Shown here: piece after piece, positions 25,301 through 30,347 of the stretch | Layout of the letters: each line of letters opens with the position of its first letter | Numbering within the stretch: the stretch's first letter is position 1 | Source of the DNA: Bdellovibrionales bacterium | Lineage (GTDB): Bacteria; Bdellovibrionota; Bdellovibrionia; Bdellovibrionales; UBA1609 | Assembly (NCBI GenBank): GCA_965205945.1 | Contig: CBDBIB010000001.1 | Location: 576,001-640,000, forward strand | Reading direction: 5' to 3' | DNA length: 64,000 bases | Program-made: the position numbers and the translations under genes | Notes under the pieces: model-generated | Told to the model about the DNA's origin: nothing | Seen by the model: the letters and a program-made list of their open reading frames with translations, nothing else | Database searches by the model: none

Positions 25301-28300
25301 CTCCGTAGTAACTCCACCTGCTATTGTATCAATTGTCCATGTAAGCCCTGAACCTAAAACATTCTGGTTGTCGCCTCCAAAAATAGAACCTTGAACATAT
25401 GTTAAACCTGCTGGAACTAGATTCGTTACCTCTACCCCTGTAGCATCTTGTGTACTTAAATTTCTTACTCTTAATGTATATGTAATCTCTTCACCTTCTG
25501 TCGGTGTCGTATTGTTTACACTTGTTTCTATACTTAAATCTAATCCTACTACCGCAACCGTCACTTCTCCTGTATCATTTAACGAATCTGAATCTATTTG
25601 ATCCGAACTTATTCTAGATGCACTATTAATTATTTCTCTATAAAATGCTTGAGCACCTAAATCCACCGTTGCTTGAAATGTTAAATCTATATCCGAATTT
25701 GGTGCTAAACTTGAAATCCTCCACTCTAACCCTGCTGTAACAGGATCTGACTCATCTACTAATGCTACACCTCCAATGGAACCTTGAACATATGTTAAAC
25801 CTGCTGGAACTACATCTTTAATTACTATATTTGTTCCAACTGCCACACTAGATCTGTTGTCAACATTTATTGTATACGTAAATGTTTCACCTTCTTGAAC
25901 ACTTGTTTTACTTGATCTTTTTGTAACCGCTACATCAAATTCTTGAGCTGTAATATTTCGACTTCCATTATTATTTAACGGATTTTCTTCAGTCTCGTTA
26001 AAACTTAATACTTTTGCAGTGTTTGTAATTACTCCTAAAGCATGAGCTCCAGCATTTACTCTTGACCTAAAAGTTAATGTACTTGTTACTCCAGCTCCTA
26101 TAGATCCAATAGTCCAAGTTAAACCCCCTGTAACTGTACCAGGATCTAAATCATTTCTTTCTGTTCCTCCTCTAATTGAATCTTGAACATATGTTACACC
26201 TGCTGGAACAACATCCCCTATGACTACATCTGTTGCAACTTGTGTACTTAAGTTTTCTACCGTAATTGTGTATGTGATTTCTTCACCCTCTGCTGGTGTC
26301 GCATTACTTACAGTTTTAATTAATTCTAAATCTATTCCTTTTATTGTAATAACAACTGAATCTCTATCATTAGCCGCTTGATCATCTGTTTGATCCAAAG
26401 ACGTAATCTCACTCGTATTTGTGATGTCTCCTTCAGATGCTTTAGCACCTGGATCTACCTTAACTCTAAAAGTTAGCTCCGTAGTAACTCCACCTGCTAT
26501 TGTATCAATTGTCCATGTAAGCCCTGAACCTAAAACATTCTGGTTGTCGCCTCCAAAAATAGAACCTTGAACATATGTTAAACCTGCTGGAACTAGATTC
26601 GTTACCTCTACCCCTGTAGCATCTTGTGTACTTAAACTTCTTACTCTTAATGTATATGTAATCTCTTCACCTTCTGTCGGTGTCGTATTGTTTACACTTG
26701 TTTCTATACTTAAATCTAATCCTGCAATCGTTAATATCTGTTCAACACTATTATTTGCGATAACAGAATCGATTTGATCTAATGACTGAATCATTGCAAC
26801 ATTTGTGATTGTTTCGGATATAGCCCTAGCCCCTATATCAACAGTAGCTCGAAAAATTAAATTTGTACTGCTTGCATTTGGAAGAGAGTTTATTGTCCAA
26901 TTTAAACCTGTTAAAGGTGTTAAATCATTATTGCTGTCACCACCTTCAATTGAATCTGGTACATAAGTTAGGCCTACAGGAACTATATTGTTTACAATAA
27001 TATTAGTTCCTTCTACAAGCGCATTATTGTTCGTAAGTGTTAAAGTTACTACTACCTCTTCTCCCTCTTCTAGGGTGCTTTCAGACACCTCCTGTGAAAT
27101 GCCTATATCAAAAGTAATTGGAGTTATAGAAGCCACTGAAGTATCGTTTGTAGTATTTGTATCATTTTCCATTAAAGAAATAATACTTGCTCTGTTTTCA
27201 ATGTTTCTTAAGCTCGCAGCTCCAGCATCCACAGTTACATCAAATGTAATGATGGCTTGATTAAAAGGCGCTTCACTAACAGGCCTTAATTGCGGAATAG
27301 TAAATTCTAACCCCGTGGCTGGAGAAGACTCATCTACAGTAGTTCCTGCAATACTTGATTCCCATGAGTCTGCCACATATGTTACACCATCTGGTACGAT
27401 ATCCCTTACTAAAATAGTATTTAATGTATTTTCTTGTGCGTTGTTTACCGTAAGAGTATAAGAGGCTGTTCCACCTTCTATGACAATCATTGGATTAACT
27501 GTTTTCGTAATACTTGCATCAAAATTAACAATAGTAATTGTAGTATCTGAGGCGTTGTTAGAAAGGTTTTCATCTACTGGATTACTTGCCTGTAAATGCC
27601 CTTCTATCCTTCTAGTTCCATAATTTAAAGCAGCCCCTGGATTCACTATAACTTTATAAGTCATCGTTATAACTTCACCCACCTCAATAGTACCTATGGA
27701 GAATATAATTCCATTATTACCTGGATCAGTATCATCCGGAGTAACACCCTCACCTAAAGCACTAGATGGAACATAGTTTAGCCCAATTGGAACGACAGAT
27801 ATTATTTCAGCACTTGTTAGTTCTTGAGCGCTAACATTTTCTACACTAATTGTAAGTGTAACCGTATCACCTTCATTTACTACTGTTGTGCTTGGTTGAA
27901 TCTGAACCTTTAAATCAGCAGCAGCTACAATAATATCGACTGAATCTGTATTATTAGATACATTACTCTCAGCCTGATCCACAGCTGTTATTGTTGCTGA
28001 ATTTGGAATTGTTGCAATTACATTTGGTATTGCTGAAAAAGTTAATGTTATTACTTGATTAGAATTTATAGTTCCTAATGTCCAAATGATTCCTGTCCCT
28101 GGGTTACTATCATTTACTAAAACCCCTCCCTTTGCAGAAGATGAAACATACGTTAACCTCGGATCTAAAATATCTGTTAATTCAACCCCTGTAGCAGAAT
28201 TTGTACCTAAATTTGAAACTGTAATAGTGTAATCAACTTGCTGACCTAATCCCGGTGCTACTGTATTTGCTGTTTTTAAAACCTTTAAATCAATACCTTG

Positions 28301-29545
28301 AGCTCTTATTTGCCCTGTGCCTGTATTATTAGTCTCATCAACATCTACACCCAAATAACTTTTAGTCTCCGCAGTAGATACGATTAACCTTCCATCTGTT
28401 CCTGTATCTAGCATAGCTTTAAAAATTAGAGTCACGCTCTCCCCCGCTAAAAGAGGGCCTATATTCCAGCTTAATCCCACGCCTACAGGATCAGAATCAT
28501 TCCTACTCTGACCACCGGTAATACTTTCAAGCATATAAGTTAAACCATTTGGTATAACAGATGAAATAACTATCTCGGATGTTCCATTAGGCCCTCTGTT
28601 AGAAACATTTACCGTATAAGTAACGATATCACCTATGTTAGGCTCCATAACCGATGGACTAATTGTAACCTGAAGATCCATATCATCATTTACCGTTCCC
28701 CACTTACAGTTTAAGTAGTCAGCTAAATCTGAAAAGTTTGTCGCAGCAAAGTTAAGCATTCCAAACTCATATATATTAGCTTCCTGATAATTTATGTCAT
28801 TCCTATTTACCCACAGTTTTATCCTATCAATATTGAGTTCATTAACTATACTTCTTGAATCATGAAGCAATCCATCTATAAAAAATTTTGCTTCTTTAGT
28901 TGATGCATCATAAGTTAAATAAAAAGAGTGAGGTTTATTATCAAGAGATCGACCACAAAGACGATGTGCACTAGATCCATCTCTCACCAACCAAGAAAAT
29001 TGGTTTCTCTTAGGACAATCCCTTGAACTAGCTCCTCTTGTGGACAGGTCAAACTGCCAAGATCCAGCATCAGAACTATTGTCCCCTCCACTCATAAAAG
29101 CTCTGAAATCTTGATTAATTTGTGGATCTAGAAATGACTTAAATACAAAATAAACTGTAAAACTTTGATCACGTAACCCTGCACTATATTGAAGGGTATC
29201 ATCAACGCCATCCGCTCGTAAATAATTCTCCGCTAGCCCACCAGTGCTTCCGCTTTCAAAACGAGGTCTTGCGTCAGATGTTGGAGCAATTAACTCAGGC
29301 CCATTCTCTAAATTTTCAGCGTTTATCCATTTGTTAACATAATTTGAAAAATTACTACTTGTTGCATCATTACCATCCCCATCTATAATGGATTTTTTTA
29401 CATTTGCGTCTAAGTTTAAAATCACATCGCTTGAAGAGTAAATATCCGGGGTTAAACTATCACAAGATTGCGCAAGAGCAGTACCACTACTAACACTTAA
29501 TGCTAATAAAAATACCCCTATATATGTGTATCGAATAAGATCCAA
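7280..29545 (-). CDS. Giant (7421 aa) DUF11-repeat adhesin-like surface protein
   Basis: TTG start with AGGT SD; signal peptide ending TALA|Q; LamG/ConA-like N-terminal domain. About 53 DUF11-type repeats by my count (DLxIxKTV..PxEG..xTYTITVxNxGP). Also a SIIGKVFHDRDGDGYQD..EEGIPGVRI linker domain and an OmpA-like half domain (VQGFADFRG..NKILSMNRA). Confidence 0.9.
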   Translation of the reverse strand: MDLIRYTYIGVFLLALSVSSGTALAQSCDSLTPDIYSSSDVILNLDANVKKSIIDGDGNDATSSNFSNYVNKWINAENLENGPELIAPTSDARPRFESGSTGGLAENYLRADGVDDTLQYSAGLRDQSFTVYFVFKSFLDPQINQDFRAFMSGGDNSSDAGSWQFDLSTRGASSRDCPKRNQFSWLVRDGSSAHRLCGRSLDNKPHSFYLTYDASTKEAKFFIDGLLHDSRSIVNELNIDRIKLWVNRNDINYQEANIYEFGMLNFAATNFSDLADYLNCKWGTVNDDMDLQVTISPSVMEPNIGDIVTYTVNVSNRGPNGTSEIVISSVIPNGLTYMLESITGGQSRNDSDPVGVGLSWNIGPLLAGESVTLIFKAMLDTGTDGRLIVSTAETKSYLGVDVDETNNTGTGQIRAQGIDLKVLKTANTVAPGLGQQVDYTITVSNLGTNSATGVELTDILDPRLTYVSSSAKGGVLVNDSNPGTGIIWTLGTINSNQVITLTFSAIPNVIATIPNSATITAVDQAESNVSNNTDSVDIIVAAADLKVQIQPSTTVVNEGDTVTLTISVENVSAQELTSAEIISVVPIGLNYVPSSALGEGVTPDDTDPGNNGIIFSIGTIEVGEVITMTYKVIVNPGAALNYGTRRIEGHLQASNPVDENLSNNASDTTITIVNFDASITKTVNPMIVIEGGTASYTLTVNNAQENTLNTILVRDIVPDGVTYVADSWESSIAGTTVDESSPATGLEFTIPQLRPVSEAPFNQAIITFDVTVDAGAASLRNIENRASIISLMENDTNTTNDTSVASITPITFDIGISQEVSESTLEEGEEVVVTLTLTNNNALVEGTNIIVNNIVPVGLTYVPDSIEGGDSNNDLTPLTGLNWTINSLPNASSTNLIFRATVDIGARAISETITNVAMIQSLDQIDSVIANNSVEQILTIAGLDLSIETSVNNTTPTEGEEITYTLRVRSLSTQDATGVEVTNLVPAGLTYVQGSIFGGDNQNVLGSGLTWTIDTIAGGVTTELTFRVKVDPGAKASEGDITNTSEITSLDQTDDQAANDRDSVVITIKGIDLELIKTVSNATPAEGEEITYTITVENLSTQVATDVVIGDVVPAGVTYVQDSIRGGTERNDLDPGTVTGGLTWTIGSIGAGVTSTLTFRSRVNAGAHALGVITNTAKVLSFNETEENPLNNNGSRNITAQEFDVAVTKRSSKTSVQEGETFTYTINVDNRSSVAVGTNIVIKDVVPAGLTYVQGSIGGVALVDESDPVTAGLEWRISSLAPNSDIDLTFQATVDLGAQAFYREIINSASRISSDQIDSDSLNDTGEVTVAVVGLDLSIETSVNNTTPTEGEEITYTLRVRNLSTQDATGVEVTNLVPAGLTYVQGSIFGGDNQNVLGSGLTWTIDTIAGGVTTELTFRVKVDPGAKASEGDITNTSEITSLDQTDDQAANDRDSVVITIKGIDLELIKTVSNATPAEGEEITYTITVENLSTQVATDVVIGDVVPAGVTYVQDSIRGGTERNDLDPGTVTGGLTWTIGSIGAGVTSTLTFRSRVNAGAHALGVITNTAKVLSFNETEENPLNNNGSRNITAQEFDVAVTKRSSKTSVQEGETFTYTINVDNRSSVAVGTNIVIKDVVPAGLTYVQGSIGGVALVDESDPVTAGLEWRISSLAPNSDIDLTFQATVDLGAQAFYREIINSASRISSDQIDSDSLNDTGEVTVAVVGLDLSIETSVNNTTPTEGEEITYTLRVRNLSTQDATGVEVTNLVPAGLTYVQGSIFGGDNQNVLGSGLTWTIDTIAGGVTTELTFRVKVDPGAKASEGDITNTSEITSLDQTDDQAANDRDSVVITIKGIDLELIKTVSNATPAEGEEITYTITVENLSTQVATDVVIGDVVPAGVTYVQDSIRGGTERNDLDPGTVTGGLTWTIGSIGAGVTSTLTFRSRVNAGAHALGVITNTAKVLSFNETEENPLNNNGSRNITAQEFDVAVTKRSSKTSVQEGETFTYTINVDNRSSVAVGTNIVIKDVVPAGLTYVQGSIGGVALVDESDPVTAGLEWRISSLAPNSDIDLTFQATVDLGAQAFYREIINSASRISSDQIDSDSLNDTGEVTVAVVGLDLSIETSVNNTTPTEGEEITYTLRVRNLSTQDATGVEVTNLVPAGLTYVQGSIFGGDNQNVLGSGLTWTIDTIAGGVTTELTFRVKVDPGAKASEGDITNTSEITSLDQTDDQAANDRDSVVITIKGIDLELIKTVSNATPAEGEEITYTITVENLSTQVATDVVIGDVVPAGVTYVQDSIRGGTERNDLDPGTVTGGLTWTIGSIGAGVTSTLTFRSRVNAGAHALGVITNTAKVLSFNETEENPLNNIDAANIEARIFDIGIVKTVSESNPEEGEVITYTITVTNNAIDTIGTGLEITDVVPEGVTYVQGSIRGGTERNDLDPYTITGGLTWNINSIASETDIILTFDAVVNARAKDNYGIITNTAQMTNVDQADSTPENDQGSVDITVRGIDLSIVKTVDNQSPEEGAKITYTIIVSNLSGQTATNIVVEDIVPDGVTYVLNSIKGGTQRNDENHDTTGLVWVFPTLSVGAVETLSFQATVDPRAKDDYGTITNTVNLKLSDQSEEDNTNNTDGAMITVSGLDLEVIKTVDNANPLERSEVIYKISVANLSQQEATNVVLKDLVPAGVTYVQNSIRGGTSRNDSTPTSGDGLTWTHASLLAGETKSVTFRAQVDAGSQATYGAIINSAEFSSADQSEDNVSNNISSALITIKAFDLSVLKTVSNFSPEEGEEIEYIITVTNKIDDEVGTGIVIGDIVPEGITYVDFSMRGGSLQDDTTPTLGDGLVWHINTLAGGDSVSLRFKARVDIGAKVNSGGTITNTARLINLNQVDSNQVNNEGLVDITVRGLDLEVLKVVNNPTPVEFETVTYTISVKNLSSQPATNVVLKDLVPAGITYRQGTIAGGDIQNDLTPDDITGLTWTINTLAPNQIVDVMFNAQVNAGAYNEYGTITNSAEFSSADQSEDNLGNNVGAVDIIVQALDIEIEKQISNTEPIEGQIVTYTLLVKNFSGATATNINITDIVPDGVTYVPGSIAGQALYNDINPDTTGLTWLIESLSGVGPENIASLTFQATVDVGARGLGSVINTGTITSLDQTDSNLDNDSDTADFLARGVDIVINKQVNESMPNETQVITYSLVVTNSGPADATNIVVRDILPPGLTYQVGTMIGGDLKNESDPTGAGLRWTINSLLSGESKTVTFNAQIDSGAGGMSITNTSDIFSIDQTEENLTNNTDSVTVTVTTDLDIQVAKTSNKSNYEEGEEVTYTITVTNHGPSRATGLVIKDIVPLDIIYTTASMLGGDAQIESSPYGTGLKWTINSLTSVGPLNSVDLTFKGVVGAGANLNTLITNSASYTSVDQTEINPVNNVGTRDINILNNLDISLTKAVSNTTPNIGEIVTYTIGVTNAGPTQASSVVINDIIPTGLFYMPRTDSGVDSVNSTDPSGTGVDFSIGKISSGQTKNITFDVMVLESSNLHNPITNTAQLSSSAQTDINDLNNSGNVDLNVNSDLDIQITKTVSNILPFELEEVVYTVNVKNNGPAAASDIKVVDLLDSNLSYIAGSMVGGDHQDDRTPGSGDGLKWTINQLLKGENLDLIFRAAPKEGTSGRAIVNTGNLLSSAQLDIDNSNDTSLVSIDVRNDADLEIIQAVTSTTPSETDTLTYTLTLRNNGPTTSRDVVVSNLVPTGLTYVENSISGGHIQNDLTPSTASGLEWTVHQILSGEVSILTYEVTVDSGFAGEVISTVSNITSFISTEVDFANNTSRIDVTVDNTLDLFIEKQVDKNNPLELETLTYTINVSNKSLKTRASNITITDIIPPGLTYVTGSINGGSTRLDADPAQAGLNWTIIQLGPLQTETLIFQVIVNAKTAGDVIVNTLTRVALDQVDTNTTPDDLSEAVTVQNVIDLQVIKTASSLQPALLSEMTYTITVENFGPSVGENIQITDIVPDFMDYVLGSMTGADDRNELDPAGTGLVWIINEIAIGATKTLTFKVISGLGAKNLSITNTVSYTHSYLDTQSNDTLSVTVNLESRSDVQISKVVDNSTPSIGEIFKYIITVTNNGPVTVESIQLNDLLPAGLTYISDNSLGTYDSVTGNWGVTSFLPVGASISLEISASPLPGTGGSIITNTVTNFILDVIDTNLTSDDYTEDIRVIEKIDVYIDGIVVNSNPEEGDFVTLTYNVTNNGPKVATNMTLQTIVPEGLTFIPGTMVGADNVNNIGATLTWDINTLAVGVTETISFQVSVDVGSGGSTLSTVLDITAIDQTEDTQVVDNNELSLIIKNEADIFFSKTANLNAVDEGDQVVFTIQVTNNGPAQAKNVEIYDILSTFFTLNSQVPTQGAYAGSKWSIGTLNMGQVETLILTVDVNPGASGQVIVNRLDNQSQDQIDLNIEADDLEETVVVGTNTDLQILVTIIDDPGADEILEENQVFTYQIEVVNNGPNRAENLSMDFFAPPQVDFINNGVVASAGTYFFPTWSIPAVNSGSSATLKIQSKVKTGIFNQVITAQVIGFTLDQFDSNKTPDDLTEVFTVDDKVDLHITKTVDVQAPQEGDEVTFTVRVENKGPANATGIQIQDIFPSTLLSLESYFSTKGIFDSNTMLWDISSLPVNDTAVLNLRSRVELEAGGIDIINTVQLNSFDQTDSNITPDDLSEVLSVGNNTNLEISKTVSNRTPNEGELITYTITVRNNGPSGATNFSLTDILPAGVTFISARANLGSFQDDVWSIRVIPNGFISTLEIETEVDYGQGGSVIRNEISSVTFDQNDSIGASNDILFADILVKHETDLFITKITDESIYSEGEMVRFTINVTNNGPALAENVSVQDQIPAGLTYLAHNESDGTAYSISNGVWTLGDIAVDESKTLTIDATANVGTKGQFITNTVSNITLDETDLNHSNDDLDETIQIVNELDLVVSIISDQVFLNEQDDVTFTVVVSNIGPARGTNVGVLIALPVLFNFESYNITGGSFDSNTRIWSIPTIDRNEFFTLEITAKALEGSGGQTATTQAQVLLVDQEELETSNDIDTTDVFINNNNNLILTKIVDNNTPREGEVVTFTLTVENQGPAQARNLEIIDAMPAGLTFASSAAATHGSYLVNKWIVGNLSMGETASIQILATVDKETNGQIITNIITNVLQSGTDIDPLGDDLEEVIVVDKQVDLMITKTVDDSNSFEGDLIEFTIQATNNGPIAIDNLVIDDTLPTGLTFSSASIPSHGTFVKPQWIIPRLNIGEIANLEISATVDAGTTNTRITNIISNYTMDQFDSTDTDDLEESVNIDNGTDLIVTKIVDNPTPYEQSLISYTITVYNNGPARATNVTIEDVIPAGLTLLSSTASQGIYTANLWSVGTLENAQTETLTLIVSIDIGQSGNTIVNQILTVDLDQIDLNPAGDDLEESITVENDLDLDINLSVDKTIIDEGEEFTYTIVVRNNGPNQASNFKIIDDWPSQLELISADSLNFIVSTRTWNIGDLASGETVALNIKARALKGTSGQIISNTISYTLDQIDSTVGDTLSADVTVNSDLDLVIFKTVNNARPNEDEEIIFTIIVENNGPARATNIFMKDILPAQLTFVSATAFSGNTFSYPDWVIPQLDAGDVVELSIVARVNSGTSGQTVINTISDITLDQTDINLSPDDLSEQIDIRNESDIYVTKNINTGVVYGESATAIFTITVENKGPLAVNGLEIDDDLDDRFILISSTASKGSFLEPVWSVGSLLVGEKATLNLEVRPNEDAQNTKIINKISRIESDKLDSNTTPDDLIAELNILGNSSVIIRIKTDKDVASMGDLLGVELEVESLVTDVFEPLKVVANLPQGLSYIKGTTKVLRAGDDGIFETEDDVFLDLDIETVKSLSTSEKLAVDGKELSFLMSTTGLEKYKIIFQTRVGSSIVGNGVSIGAFAEFENFKVTSEVRALIVIQKSVIFDITSIIGKVFHDRDGDGYQDESIVRGLKVYGGTSLENVRDTDSMIDRGNGFKKISGDVKKGYRLGALSGRSSRNDYSKTTYVKLKIPIKESIKKDLGVVTSEGTALLFKSDGRVIEELTGLRRKGMSSQDILVSHTIIEEEKEKFLLVTINNMGVDEEGIPGVRIYGVNGLAHETDGFGRFHIPDIEFKHNRGHNYILKVDPKTLPKNSTFTTENPRVIKLTGGLFTKFNFGVKIPILSEGKVFQSKKISESILFNVAKSNIRESEVNKVEKLTKELSNLPLDLNDGKVFVQGFADFRGLAEKNKILSMNRAKTIMNKIQDVTADLKFLVDVDNTAPHEQDIVKFVAQVKNKGLSSVSNLEINLPLPEQFKLHGRIKSSLGNYNGNRWFIKNLEGKSGAKLEFSAKVKVLTSNEEFMLPVAHYIYEGLQAQIGVKDIAAIGRIKNELDFNITTNLSHTEVDERENFNYVITGVNNGPAAATKLVVDLIQDKSINIQNISVSHGVVTKDQWIIGTLMSGEKAVAKINANSKVGSATKEMVVGVATVYAEQVDIDKTKDIETLSIQVRNNLDLVIASSFNVKAANEGDQIRFLVKAYNKGPIKATNVGVAISFDEEFKLLSTKATKGSFKDNIWSINFIDYGNSEEIVFVLTPKPRSGSSILKGMVYDVSLDQIDLELTKDIFEDEIQILNNTDIILTKTVSDTYPEEGDEVFITWRIINKGPAVAQDLVLEDIIDSSLIKLGDLKVSKGSASGAKWTILELLKGESAKMKVSVKILEGTGGSTILDPVEKFTHEQKDLLKNSIDTVKIRVASQTNIILVKEFSKSRADEGDKILTSTRIKNMGPAMANNIRIKDIIHSHLVKHKYVSVSKNTNLISNSWLIPTLKVHEKAELTWLSEITPGSGGFVIEDKIDEIKMREDFVIISKDSLSPKLRINNKTDLLTKISSNVKNVNLGEEFELSYFVSNQGPAMVKNLKLNPPLHRCLILVSSRSTVGDVRKKTLSVDKLGFKESLTMTLRVKPKYNCNKDELINAFGIIDMKQTEISDKGNTTTVSVKINKEVDYAVVISESKDTLEEGEEVEFIISQSNLGPAFVNKSELDFEISPSLELIKTNLTKGNVEDLTWTVKDIKYKDIETLKIRVKVKFKTSNTKAFIRIKRHKIDKDDLNKQIDIYSKEYVIENKSDINIEIKALKKKINVPYVTYKYTIRNNGPAVATNIKIKPLFDQNSLKSINRDIATDTDYSARGIWFIKEIFPKQVVDMIWTFELNNFTTPVKLAGYTDFSMNQVDSELTLDVQKSAIKVNNTAKVRVKKSVSRKDIYEGELFNYIIKIQNVGKQIASNIEIKDYIDKKYLIFTSAAKASQGDYSNGVWKLKKLRAGETARVVIPVKFIGDLQEDIKFFDPIDSFTMEQNSYYNLKKLKKFKYKVKNITRTLSGEYDGKNKEESR
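22441..26723. repeat. Intragenic tandem repeat, 1176-bp unit (392 aa, three DUF11 domains), about 3.6 copies
   Basis: Marker CTTAAATCTAATCCT recurs at 23181, 24357, 25533 and 26709 (period 1176). I spotted only three substitutions between copies (about 23777, 23936, 26637). Confidence 0.97.
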
Positions 29546-29580
29546 ATATAACCTACTTTTTTACACTTTATTCAGTAGTT

Positions 29581-29608
29581 TTATCGGTTTTATATAAATA
29601 CAAATTCA
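29581..29608 (-). promoter_or_regulatory. Sigma28 (FliA)-like promoter of the giant adhesin/barrel operon
   Basis: TGAATTTG-N12-ACCGATAA about 35 nt upstream of the TTG start. Confidence 0.55.
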
Positions 29609-30347
29609 TATTCTCTTTAGTTTTTATGACTAAAGATGGTACTTTTAAGACTTAAGTTTATAAAAATATTTTACTTTAAAACTAGCCTATTAGTTAGTTT
29701 TAAAAACTTTAAGTAATTCTGTACTTTAATACAACAAAAGACGCTTTTATTCAGACTTAATCTCAAACTGATACTTTTTAACGGTAAATTTTAAGAGCTT
29801 TTTACTAAAGAAAAAATATTGAATATCATCTCATCTGTGCTCAACCATACCTATAAATTCTCATTATTAGATATAATCTATACGAAAAAAATAAAATCAT
29901 CATTATCAACAACAAATAATTTTATATTCACTTTGTAATAATAAAATTATTAAATCCTTTTAATGCCAATTACATCAAATAATTCTTAAACAAAATTCTA
30001 TGAAAGTTTTTATTTAAAAAATAATTTTAATCTTAAAAAGATTCTTATAAGATAGATATAACCATAAATCATAATCTAACGCTTTACCCTCAAGCTTTAA
30101 AATTTAGTTCCACAGTTTGCTCAAATATTTGAAATACTCCTTATCATCAATATTATTACTACATGTAAGATAGAATTCTTTTCTCATTTAAAAACTAAGA
30201 AATAAAACGACATTCTTAAAGAGTTCACATCTTAAGCACTCCAAAAATAATTTAGTTTTTTTATCACTTGCGGCACCACATAAAAGGCAATTCTTCTTTT
30301 CTTCGTTCATTTATTCACAGTAAGGTACTAAAATACGGGAGGTTAAT

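Noticed and set aside
22441..26723. CRISPR array or mobile-element duplication
   Set aside because: The repeats are long, in frame and spacer-free; no cas or transposase genes.
7280..29545. T1SS RTX adhesin, T9SS cargo, TpsA or autotransporter assignment
   Set aside because: The protein has a Sec signal but no RTX nonamers, T9SS C-terminal domain, TPS domain or C-terminal barrel.
29620..30347. Riboswitch (e.g. ydaO/c-di-AMP) ahead of the APC transporter
   Set aside because: The region is very AT-rich with no conserved aptamer motifs or stable stems that I could identify; an Rfam scan would settle it.
3242..30347. Integrative element with att sites at tRNA-Arg
   Set aside because: No integrase and no duplicated tRNA 3' end seen; only the weaker insertion-scar inference is kept.
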